A stretch of 30,171 nucleotides of DNA, from positions 1-30,171 of the IMG/VR virus record IMGVR_UViG_3300030330_002901; one strand, given 5' to 3'. Position numbers and translations under genes: made by a program. This DNA is from a virus (Duplodnaviria; Caudoviricetes). The notes below the pieces were generated by a model. That model was not told where the DNA came from. It saw nothing but the letters and a program-made list of their open reading frames with translations, and ran no database searches. Positions 1 through 8,475 of this stretch are shown one piece after another (the stretch's first letter is position 1; every line of letters starts with the position of its first letter).

Positions 1-3000
1 TTCACCAGCTTTTGTAGATGCCTCAATTATTGCCTCTAATAATGCAACTGGTTTAGCTGTTTGATATTTAGAATCTTCTCGGAAAGAATATTCTTTCTCA
101 AAATTAAAGTCCATGTCGGTTCTCTGTTTACCACTTAGACTAAAAGTAAACACCCACTCTTTTAAAAGAACACCAAACATTTTCTTTGGTTTTCCACTCT
201 TGGAGTATTTCTTGCCAGTTTCTATAGCTACTCCTGAAGGTTTTAACCCATTGTTTTCAAATGCTTTTGAATACATTCGCAGTTTTCTTTTGTTTGATTT
301 TGAGGCACTAAACATAAATATAACTGGTGAGTTCTCGTTTCTTAAAAGTTTTACAACATCTCCTACAAACTCATTAAACTGCTCTGGTGTAATTTTTTTA
401 TATTTAGCTAAGTTTCTATTACCACCTGTTAGACCTGGTGCATCATAAGGAGGATCTAAAAATATCATATCAAACTTAGCTCCTTCTTTAACTAATTTTT
501 TTATTTCAGTCAAAGCATCTGCACCTTGAACAATAGCTGTGGTTTTACCATCTTTAGTTTTTAATGTATAAACACCAGCCGCAACTCTTGTAAGCTCTCC
601 ATTCTTTGCTCCTTGTCCTAATATTCTTCTAACAGTAGGCTCGGGTAAACCAGTAATCTTTGTTATTTGTTTTATTGTAGCAACCTCGACTTCTCCTAAT
701 ACATCTTTGACTTTTTGCTTTTGTGTTTTCTTAGGTGTCTTTATAGCCTTAACATCTTTTTGTGTAATTACTTTACCCTCTCTAATTTTAGATGCTACAG
801 TATTTAGTAAATCAATAATGTCTTGATCTGTTTTTGTAAACTGATTTATGTCTAAACCTAATCTTTTAGCTATTGCCTCAACCCATCTTCTTACTCTGCT
901 TTTTGCAGGTGCATCTAACTTGGTATATCCATCTGCCAGGATACCTAATATCTCGGCTAATTTTTCTTCGTTCTGTATATCTGCATCATAGTTAGAAATA
1001 AATTCTTCAATTTTTTGTTTTTGTTCTTTTGTTAGTCCTTTTGCTTTAGCAACTGCAGCCACCATTCTTTTTGTAATAGCTCTTGCTTGTGCATTAGTCT
1101 TGACTGAATTTAAAAGCAGAGCATGAAACACTTCATGGGCAACAGTCTTTCTGTCTCCTTTACTTAAATCAATATGTATGTTTTGGTTAGTAGGATCATA
1201 GAAACCTTTTCCATCTCTATTAGTAGCTTTTTTAAAGTTTTCAGAACTTTCGTGCAATATGATATTTACTTTTGGAAGAACTCTACTTATTGCTCTACCA
1301 GCTCTTTTTGCAAATCTTACTACTGGCTCAAATACTTTTGTATCAACTTCTACTTTGGCTTTTGTTCTTTTTACTTTTCCATCTTTAGATACATCTTCTG
1401 TTTCTAATTCTGTTTCTTGCTCAACACCAAAGTCCGATTCTTGTTCGACTACATCGGTTTCAGTTTCTCCTTCAAACTCTTGAATATCTTTAACTTGATC
1501 ATCTACTTTCTTCTTTTTCTTCTTGGAAGTTTGCTCTTGGGTGTCTTGCTGAGTCTCTCCGGTAGACTCCTGTAATTCGTTGGGTACTCCCTCAACCACT
1601 TCTTCAGTAGTTTGGGATTCGACTTCGCCAGTTTTCTGAACTGGGCTTTGCTTTTTACTGGCATCTCTTTGTTTTTTAATTTGTACTTTGGTTTGTTCAA
1701 TCAACTCATCTGTTTGCTCTAATGGTTTTAAACCAAAAGCATTACGAGTTTCATTAACATTATCTAAAAACTCTTGTGCTTGTTCTGTAGTTACCTCTTC
1801 TTCTTCTTCTATCCTACCCTCTGTGCCCTGGATGGTTTTGCCGCCTTCAATTATTTCTTTAAGTAATTTATCTACCTTAGATATTTCTTTATCAACTTTA
1901 CCTCTCAACTCAGGGGCAGTTTGCTCTCTTTTTCTTAATAGTCTGTTTTTATTTAGCAGTAATGCTATAGCCTCTTTTCTTTGTTGTAGTTCTAAATCAG
2001 TAGGAACTTTAGGAATAATAGACCTAATATCATTTAATAAGTCTAAGTTTTGTTGTGCTTGTTCTTTATCTATGTTACCTGCATTTATTTCATTTTTTAG
2101 TTCTTGAACATAAAATGTATAATACTGCGGATCTTGGCTTATTGTTTCAAAAGTTTTAAATACTGGATCAGATAAAGCGGCATAATCTTTTCCTGATAGA
2201 GCTATTGCAGTTGCAGGAATTGTACTCATAACCCATCCACCAACCATTTCTTGTGCACCTGCATAAAGAACTTGTCTAACACCATCGGCAACAGACTCAG
2301 GTGTTTGGAACATATCCTTGTCTTTTATATAATTATATAATGATTTACCCGATATATCCGCAAGTTCTTGAGCCATACCAGTTTCGAACTCTGCAAGTCC
2401 ACCCGCACCTATAATTAAAGTTCCTTTTAATAAATCATTTTTTATTTCATTTTGCACAACCTGTCTAAAGGTCAACCCTTTTGTTTGCATAGGGCTATTG
2501 TATTTTTGCAACCCTTTTAAAACATATTTATTTAGTAAACCTTTTTGATTTATTACATTTCTAAACCCATAAGCCTCCAGCGCACCTACGACTATACCGA
2601 TTGGTAATGACACCATCCTTTTTTCGTTTTCTGTTATAGTGGCAAAGTCAGGATCATTCATCATCTCCTCATTTAAGTGATCGCTTACTTGAGCAAACAT
2701 TTGTGCAGTTCTCTGAACCCATCCATATTTACCTGCACCTAACATTGCTGGTAAGGATTCAGATAAGCCAAGCCATGCTCCACCCCAAAAACCCTCACGA
2801 GTCAAATCCATATACTCATCAGTAGTTTGTTTGTCTCCCAAAGCTATGTCAAGTCCTGTCCTAACCATTGGGACCATTCCATCTTCAGTTATGTTTTTCA
2901 TTTGCTCTTTCAGAGCAACATCTGAATATCTTGCAACTGGCTCTGGCTTTTCGTATAGAACTTCACCAGTCGTACCATCTATCGTTACTGTTCCATACTT

Positions 3001-4494
3001 AACATCTTTTCTCAAAATATCTTTTATGTAAGAATCAACATCATCTCTTTGGTCTTTGTCCATTGCATTGTACAACTTATCAAACTCAAATCCTCTTGTT
3101 GTAGACTTTACACCATCATTTGATGTAAATTCATATTCAAAATCTTTTAGCTCTTCCGGACTTTTAACTGGTTTACCAGTAACTGGGTTTTTCAAATATC
3201 CTAATTCGGCAGCTCTTCTTAAAAAGGCAAGTTCATATACATATCGTGCTGCACCATATTTTACTCTTCCCCCTCCTATTGCATCGAGTGGGCTGTAATC
3301 AGAAACTAAAATATCTGACATTAGATCTGTAACAAAAGATGCCTCTCTTCCTATTCCTTTAAATATACCCCTACCAGTCATGCCAGTAAAATCTCCTTGC
3401 TCTGCTTTCATTTGAGTATATGCACCAGCTAACCTATCTATTTCAGCACCTTTATTATTAAGCACTACATCTTCTGCAAGGATGTTTCTTTTTTCTTGTT
3501 GAATTTCAAGTTGCATTCTATCTCTTTTTTCTAACAAGGAAATACCAAATGGTGTATTGATTTCTTGTTGATTCATGGTTTTTACCATTTCATCAAGTCG
3601 AACAAACTCTCTTTGTTTAGATGCAAACTCTTTTACTCTATTGTTGAAAGCAATTGATTCAAGGTTTAATATATTTACTGCATCTTCAATTTCTTTTTTA
3701 TTTTGAAAAGCACTTTGTCTTATTGCAAATTTTTCTTCAACTTCACTTAATCTTTTACTTTCTTTTCTGTGTAGAGTTAAAAAGTCTTTTATTTCTTGAG
3801 CTGATTGTTGATTTAATTTATCATCTTTATTGTCGAGTGCTACAGTCAAGGTAAATGGTTGACCAGTTTGTGGATTGATATTGGATGATATAATCTCTAC
3901 TGCATCAACACCAGGTACAGCCTCTTTAAATTCAAAGCCATACTCTCTAAATCTGTAATTATAATCGGGAACTAAGAAGTCTTCATCTTTGTCAACTTCT
4001 ATATTATCAAGTGCATTTTGAAATGGATCATTATCAATTCTATCTCTTTCTTGTGTAAGAGAAGTATACTCTAATGTTTGTTGGTCATCTAATTCAGTTG
4101 GTACTACAGTTTCGGTTTCTTCAACTTCTTCGCCTTCTATAGGCTCAATAGGTTTAGGAACTTCGGTTGGTTCTATTGTTAATGAGTCTTGGTCTGTAGG
4201 AGATTCTCCAGTTTCGATAGGAGTCTCTTCCTCTTCTTCCGATAACCCAGCATCCTCCATGGTTGTAGTAATAGAAGGATTTGGTGAAGAATCTTTTTTT
4301 TTTACTTTTTCAACAAAATAGTCCAATTCATATCTATTAGGAAAAGTTTCATCTATGCTCGAAATCCAAGTATACATTCTTGTAGCATACTCATCATTGT
4401 TCATATTTTCACGAAACTCATCTAATGTATATCTCTCTCCAAAGGTATTATCTTCAGATGAAATCCAACCATATAATTCCTCTAAATATTCCAT
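1..4494 (-). CDS. Giant internal virion (ejection) polyvalent protein, >1498 aa, 3'-truncated by the window edge; zincin + wHTH + N6/N4 DNA methyltransferase domains
   Basis: Absent from the ORF track because it has no stop in the window. ATG at 4494 lies 3 nt after the TAA of the 687-aa gene. I read the frame codon by codon to base 1 and found no stop. It starts MEYLEELYGWISSEDNTF, has Gly/Ala-rich hydrophobic stretches at ~2180-2800, HEVFH at 1123-1137 and DPPY at 445-456, and ends ...KYQTAKPVALLEAIIEASTKAGE. It is the last and largest of three genes after the nozzle and GNAT, the usual position of podovirus ejection proteins. Confidence 0.9.
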   Translation of the reverse strand, partial: MEYLEELYGWISSEDNTFGERYTLDEFRENMNNDEYATRMYTWISSIDETFPNRYELDYFVEKVKKKDSSPNPSITTTMEDAGLSEEEEETPIETGESPTDQDSLTIEPTEVPKPIEPIEGEEVEETETVVPTELDDQQTLEYTSLTQERDRIDNDPFQNALDNIEVDKDEDFLVPDYNYRFREYGFEFKEAVPGVDAVEIISSNINPQTGQPFTLTVALDNKDDKLNQQSAQEIKDFLTLHRKESKRLSEVEEKFAIRQSAFQNKKEIEDAVNILNLESIAFNNRVKEFASKQREFVRLDEMVKTMNQQEINTPFGISLLEKRDRMQLEIQQEKRNILAEDVVLNNKGAEIDRLAGAYTQMKAEQGDFTGMTGRGIFKGIGREASFVTDLMSDILVSDYSPLDAIGGGRVKYGAARYVYELAFLRRAAELGYLKNPVTGKPVKSPEELKDFEYEFTSNDGVKSTTRGFEFDKLYNAMDKDQRDDVDSYIKDILRKDVKYGTVTIDGTTGEVLYEKPEPVARYSDVALKEQMKNITEDGMVPMVRTGLDIALGDKQTTDEYMDLTREGFWGGAWLGLSESLPAMLGAGKYGWVQRTAQMFAQVSDHLNEEMMNDPDFATITENEKRMVSLPIGIVVGALEAYGFRNVINQKGLLNKYVLKGLQKYNSPMQTKGLTFRQVVQNEIKNDLLKGTLIIGAGGLAEFETGMAQELADISGKSLYNYIKDKDMFQTPESVADGVRQVLYAGAQEMVGGWVMSTIPATAIALSGKDYAALSDPVFKTFETISQDPQYYTFYVQELKNEINAGNIDKEQAQQNLDLLNDIRSIIPKVPTDLELQQRKEAIALLLNKNRLLRKREQTAPELRGKVDKEISKVDKLLKEIIEGGKTIQGTEGRIEEEEEVTTEQAQEFLDNVNETRNAFGLKPLEQTDELIEQTKVQIKKQRDASKKQSPVQKTGEVESQTTEEVVEGVPNELQESTGETQQDTQEQTSKKKKKKVDDQVKDIQEFEGETETDVVEQESDFGVEQETELETEDVSKDGKVKRTKAKVEVDTKVFEPVVRFAKRAGRAISRVLPKVNIILHESSENFKKATNRDGKGFYDPTNQNIHIDLSKGDRKTVAHEVFHALLLNSVKTNAQARAITKRMVAAVAKAKGLTKEQKQKIEEFISNYDADIQNEEKLAEILGILADGYTKLDAPAKSRVRRWVEAIAKRLGLDINQFTKTDQDIIDLLNTVASKIREGKVITQKDVKAIKTPKKTQKQKVKDVLGEVEVATIKQITKITGLPEPTVRRILGQGAKNGELTRVAAGVYTLKTKDGKTTAIVQGADALTEIKKLVKEGAKFDMIFLDPPYDAPGLTGGNRNLAKYKKITPEQFNEFVGDVVKLLRNENSPVIFMFSASKSNKRKLRMYSKAFENNGLKPSGVAIETGKKYSKSGKPKKMFGVLLKEWVFTFSLSGKQRTDMDFNFEKEYSFREDSKYQTAKPVALLEAIIEASTKAGE
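1503..1664 (-). CDS. Putative nested (overprinted) 53-aa basic protein, MPFKSKAQ-like small phage protein
   Basis: Lies in the +1 frame inside the giant ORF. ATG at 1664 follows an A-rich stretch; TAG at 1503. Sequence MPVKSKAQFRKLAKSNPKLLKKWLREYPTNYRSLPERLSK... resembles, from recall, small stand-alone phage proteins of pattern MPxKSxxQxxx(L/M)xxxxPxxxxxWxxExPxxxxLPE. Confidence 0.55.
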   Translation of the reverse strand: MPVKSKAQFRKLAKSNPKLLKKWLREYPTNYRSLPERLSKTPKSKLPRRKRRK

Positions 4495-4497
4495 ATA

Positions 4498-6561
4498 TTA
4501 TGGTGCTTGTTTCTTTTCTTCTTTTTTACCCCCTACATTTTCTTCCTCTTTATACTCTTTACCCTCACCTTGATTGTAGGATGAAACTATACTTTCTACT
4601 GCATTATCCATAGCAACTAATAACCCCTGCATACTTGTCTTAGCATTAGGTTTATCGTATTTAAATTCAACTTTTTGTACCTTGCCACTAAATGGATCAG
4701 TATAATTAATGAAGAAACTATTAGTACTTCCTGACTCATCTATACCAGTGATAGAGAAGTTTAAGTTATTACTTCTGATACCATATTCATCTAATGCTTG
4801 AGTCATCAATTGTGGTAGTCTTACCTTGAAGTCTGCAAGTGTGTCATCATAATCTCCACCTGCTGGTAAATTAGCTTTCAGTCTACTCTCAAAAGTTTTT
4901 ACTTTTTTAGGATCGTCTTCATCAAGTGTAAATCTTGCATTGGTGCTACTGAATGAAGTGTGCTTTTTAGTTTTAAATGCTCTTTGAGTTTCTACATCTT
5001 CATCACCGAAATAATCATCATCATCATATTCATATTTGAAACCAGCATCTTTCGCTTGAGTCTCTAATGCAGGGAAAGATTGATCAAAACCACTTGGTCT
5101 TAAGAATGTATTAAGCTCTTGATACACTTCTGATACATCTCGTGCTTGATTATAATCTGGCACTCCATTCACAATTTTATATCTCTCTACTGTTTCAGTT
5201 CTTGTATTACCATTCTTGTCTTTATATGTAATAGTGAAACCTCTTTTGTTTCTTGTAATTTTATCAACTATTTCTTTGTTAACATTTTGTGGATCTGCAA
5301 GAAGTCTCTTGTTAGTTTTTTCAACTAAATCTCTTTCAGATGCATTGAAAGTTTGCTGATTACCTATTTGTAAATTCTTTAAGTCTTCAAAATAACCTTT
5401 GAAGGTTTCTTGCTTTTGTTCCAGTAGATCACCTGAAGTATCTTTATTTGGATCATATGTTTTTTGACTGATTTCTGATTTACTACCTAATTGAAGTTTG
5501 GCATTATTTAATATTTTGTTTCTTACCTCGGATTCTGCAAACTCCTCATCAAATGTATAAGACATTCCCTTTGGATCGTTTGGGTTTACAATAATCATAT
5601 ACTTGGTATCACAGTAATCTACACCATCTCTAACACCACCACAATTTTCTTTGAACTGCTCTTCGCTTAATGCCATAGTAAAATTACCCATTGTAGCAGC
5701 AGTATTAGCTAAACCTCTATCAGTACCAGAAGTTTTTTGAAATATAACATCTACAAATTCATCTAACATACCTGAGTTAACTGCGGTTGTATAATCAGTT
5801 TCACTTAACACATATGTACCTGATCTGTCTTCACCTTGAAATGTTCTTATCAAATCCTCTTTGATAGTTCCTAACATTTCTTTTTCTTCTTTTATTTGAA
5901 ACTGTATATCATATAACTTTCTGTCATTTTGATATTTGAAACGATTACGAGTATTAGAAATAGGCATAAACCTATCTTGTTGAGTTTCAAAGTCAGGTAT
6001 TGAATCATCTGCATTTGGCTCATAATAATATGTATTTTTTGTTACTGGATCTACATATATTTTTTTATTGTAAGTTTCAGTAAAACCCAAACTGGATTCT
6101 TTAATAATCATTTCATCCGGCGCCATAATTATTTCTCCAGTGGTTTCATCTATTTGTGATCGTGTATTGTAATTATCCTTATACTCTCCAACATTTTTAG
6201 TAACTACACCCCACTCTGCCATTTGGTTCTTAGCTCTTTCTAATTGTTGTTTAAATTCAGTAACAGACATAGCACCTTTTTTCAAAAGCCTTTGATCCAT
6301 TAGTAAACTTTTTTTCATTTGATTTGCAGCCTCTAAAACTTGATCACTGAAAACTGTGTCCGAGTTCATTTCCAGTGTGCCTAACTGATTATAAATATCA
6401 TTAGCCCTGGAATCTAAATCGGCTTTTATTTTACTTCTACGATCAGCCTCATCAGAAAGCAGCTTATTAGCATTGTCTGTTATTTTTTCATAATCTATAT
6501 AGTTAGCACCTTGCCTCTCTACATAAATTTGATATTGTTTTGGATCTACTGTTTTAGCCAT
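4498..6561 (-). CDS. Internal virion/ejection protein (middle of three), 687 aa
   Basis: Long, acidic, helical-looking ORF between the 218-aa and giant genes, in the position of T7 gp15-like proteins. No catalytic motif recognised. Confidence 0.65.
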   Translation of the reverse strand: MAKTVDPKQYQIYVERQGANYIDYEKITDNANKLLSDEADRRSKIKADLDSRANDIYNQLGTLEMNSDTVFSDQVLEAANQMKKSLLMDQRLLKKGAMSVTEFKQQLERAKNQMAEWGVVTKNVGEYKDNYNTRSQIDETTGEIIMAPDEMIIKESSLGFTETYNKKIYVDPVTKNTYYYEPNADDSIPDFETQQDRFMPISNTRNRFKYQNDRKLYDIQFQIKEEKEMLGTIKEDLIRTFQGEDRSGTYVLSETDYTTAVNSGMLDEFVDVIFQKTSGTDRGLANTAATMGNFTMALSEEQFKENCGGVRDGVDYCDTKYMIIVNPNDPKGMSYTFDEEFAESEVRNKILNNAKLQLGSKSEISQKTYDPNKDTSGDLLEQKQETFKGYFEDLKNLQIGNQQTFNASERDLVEKTNKRLLADPQNVNKEIVDKITRNKRGFTITYKDKNGNTRTETVERYKIVNGVPDYNQARDVSEVYQELNTFLRPSGFDQSFPALETQAKDAGFKYEYDDDDYFGDEDVETQRAFKTKKHTSFSSTNARFTLDEDDPKKVKTFESRLKANLPAGGDYDDTLADFKVRLPQLMTQALDEYGIRSNNLNFSITGIDESGSTNSFFINYTDPFSGKVQKVEFKYDKPNAKTSMQGLLVAMDNAVESIVSSYNQGEGKEYKEEENVGGKKEEKKQAP

Positions 6562-6574
6562 ATTTTAATTTTTA

Positions 6575-7231
6575 TTATCCACCAGCTCCACCACCAAAGG
6601 AGTCAAAACCTCCACCGCCAGCTCCAAGGAATTTAAGTAGTGCATCCATTTCATTACCCTCTAACTTACCACCTTTAAACATAGGTATACCCATAGATAA
6701 TGCACCTGTTACACCCTTAACACCTTGACTTATAGCAGCAGTCTTTGCTTTTGCCGCCTCAATTTCTTTTTCGGCTGCTAACTTTTCTGCATCTGCCGCA
6801 GCACCAACATCCATAGCGATTGTTTGTTGTTTGATGTCTTCTTTTGCATCAGCCTTTTTCTCATCCAAATCCATCAACTTTTGTTGCATATCGATACGAG
6901 TTTTTTCATTTGCCTCTGTACCTGCTGCTGCTACTTTTCCAATACCAGCTGCTAATAATCTTGGATCAGCATCTTGAAGTGCCTCTATTTGTTGAGTTTG
7001 GTTAGCTAAATTTTGTCTGCTTTGTTCTCCGAATGCATCGAGTCTAACATTTAATTTGTCATACACATTCATTTCTGCTCTCTCACGAGCCTCTTTCATA
7101 AGTTTTTGTGATTTTTTTTCTGCTGCTTGTGCCGCATTCCTCGCATTTTTAGATTGCTGAAAAGACATAAGCCCTCCGCCAAGACTGGATGCGATTCCTA
7201 CCCCCGCGGCTATTGATGTAAATGCTGCCAT
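6575..7231 (-). CDS. Small internal virion/ejection protein, 218 aa
   Basis: Hydrophobic Gly/Ala N-terminus (MAAFTSIAAGVGIASSLGGGLMS), Ala/Gln/Lys coiled-coil core and Gly-rich C-terminus. This composition is typical of T7 gp14/P22 gp7-like ejection proteins. Confidence 0.75.
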   Translation of the reverse strand: MAAFTSIAAGVGIASSLGGGLMSFQQSKNARNAAQAAEKKSQKLMKEARERAEMNVYDKLNVRLDAFGEQSRQNLANQTQQIEALQDADPRLLAAGIGKVAAAGTEANEKTRIDMQQKLMDLDEKKADAKEDIKQQTIAMDVGAAADAEKLAAEKEIEAAKAKTAAISQGVKGVTGALSMGIPMFKGGKLEGNEMDALLKFLGAGGGGFDSFGGGAGG

Positions 7232-7232
7232 A

Positions 7233-7643
7233 TTATAATTTTTTTATTAGTTCTACATTATATACTCCAGCAGCAACATAATTATTAGCCTCATAAATAT
7301 TGAGTAACGAATTATTTTTTGTCATAGAGTATAAAAATTTTTTATCTAACTCTTTAGCCTTGTCTTCCAAAGATTTCAATAACATATTCAAAGCAATTAA
7401 TCTATTTTCTCTATGTTTGTATTGAAAATTAGAAATTACAAATTCCACTAATGCCACACCAGAGTTTGTGTTATACAAAAATCCCGCAACAACCGGCTCA
7501 TCATCTACATACACCATGTAACCACCCTTTCCATTTTCAGGTAAAAAACTTCTTTGAGGTGCAGTCCATCTCCAATCTTTCCACCATTTACATAGGTGTT
7601 CATCATAATCAGAGTCCTTAAGTGGTAGTATATTAAATTGCAT
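7233..7643 (-). CDS. GNAT-fold (acetyltransferase-like) protein, positional analogue of T7 gp13
   Basis: 136 aa with a GNAT-like pattern (GYMVYVDDEPVVAGFLY...VALVEFVISNFQYK...LLNIYEANNY). It sits between the nozzle and the ejection genes. Confidence 0.6.
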   Translation of the reverse strand: MQFNILPLKDSDYDEHLCKWWKDWRWTAPQRSFLPENGKGGYMVYVDDEPVVAGFLYNTNSGVALVEFVISNFQYKHRENRLIALNMLLKSLEDKAKELDKKFLYSMTKNNSLLNIYEANNYVAAGVYNVELIKKL

Positions 7644-7649
7644 TTACCA

Positions 7650-7657
7650 CAAAGATA
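7650..7657 (-). promoter_or_regulatory. Bacteroidota sigma-A -7 promoter element (TATCTTTG)
   Basis: Matches TAnnTTTG in the 21-nt intergenic gap, 6 nt before the ATG at 7643. Confidence 0.7.
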
Positions 7658-7664
7658 AGAAAAA

Positions 7665-8465
7665 CTATGGATAACTTTTCATGACCTGCGAACCTACAGT
7701 AAAAAGTTCAACTGGTGTGGTGTCGCTATTGGATAAAGTAAATTCCATGTAATACCCTCGTGCTCCATGGGATTCGGCTACTGCATTTTTAACATTAATC
7801 ATAAAAGCCCCAACAGCCGGTACACTTGCACCTGGTACTGTTGTATCGATTGTTATAGAAAAGTCAGGTGAAGTATTGTCTATAGCAGTAATAGTACCTG
7901 CTAATACTGGTACTGAACCTGGTCCAGGTACTGCTGGATATGCAAACAAACTATCACCTATGCTTATGATACTACCAGTCGGATTGGCAAAAGAAACTAC
8001 AGTGGCTGCGGGGGCAGTAGCATCTACATTTGTATTGTTAGCTATACCATTTGCGGATCGTTCTAAAAAGTTTACAGTTCCTGCATTTGTTCTAATAAAT
8101 GAAAACCATTCTCCTTCTTTTTGAACAAAGAAGTTAGCCGCAATAGATGCTGGACTTCCATCAGTAATATCAGTTACAAGATTAGTTGCACTCCAAGCTG
8201 CATTGCTTTCGTAAGTTAATGTTTTAAATAACTTGACATCTACTACTGGTCGAGGTGCTAATACACTTGTAATAGTGGATGGGGAAAACTGACCATAATA
8301 AGTGTTCCTATTTGCACCAGTATTATGTCTATAAAGATTACCACCACTAAATGTGTAAAAGTAACTATTCATCCCAATCATAAAATCAGGTATGAAAGAA
8401 TAAAAAGAAGGCCACCCCTCTGATTTGTCGCTATATGATAATGTATAATTAGTTGTATCTGGCAT
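7665..8465 (-). CDS. Tail protein; probable separated C-terminal part of the tail stabilisation/nozzle protein, 266 aa
   Basis: Starts with YTLSYSDKSEGWPSFYSFIPDFMIGMNSYFYTFSGGNLYRHN and contains KLFKTLTYES, KEGEWFSFI and RGYYMEFTL. I recall these motifs from the C-termini of P22 gp10-like/crAss-like stabilisation proteins. Confidence 0.65.
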   Translation of the reverse strand: MPDTTNYTLSYSDKSEGWPSFYSFIPDFMIGMNSYFYTFSGGNLYRHNTGANRNTYYGQFSPSTITSVLAPRPVVDVKLFKTLTYESNAAWSATNLVTDITDGSPASIAANFFVQKEGEWFSFIRTNAGTVNFLERSANGIANNTNVDATAPAATVVSFANPTGSIISIGDSLFAYPAVPGPGSVPVLAGTITAIDNTSPDFSITIDTTVPGASVPAVGAFMINVKNAVAESHGARGYYMEFTLSNSDTTPVELFTVGSQVMKSYP

Positions 8466-8475
8466 AATATTTTTT

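Noticed and set aside
1665-1700. Track start of the nested ORF (65 aa from a TTG at 1700)
   Set aside because: The ATG at 1664 gives the family-like MPxKSKAQ N-terminus; the extra 12 codons look like the A-rich initiation region.
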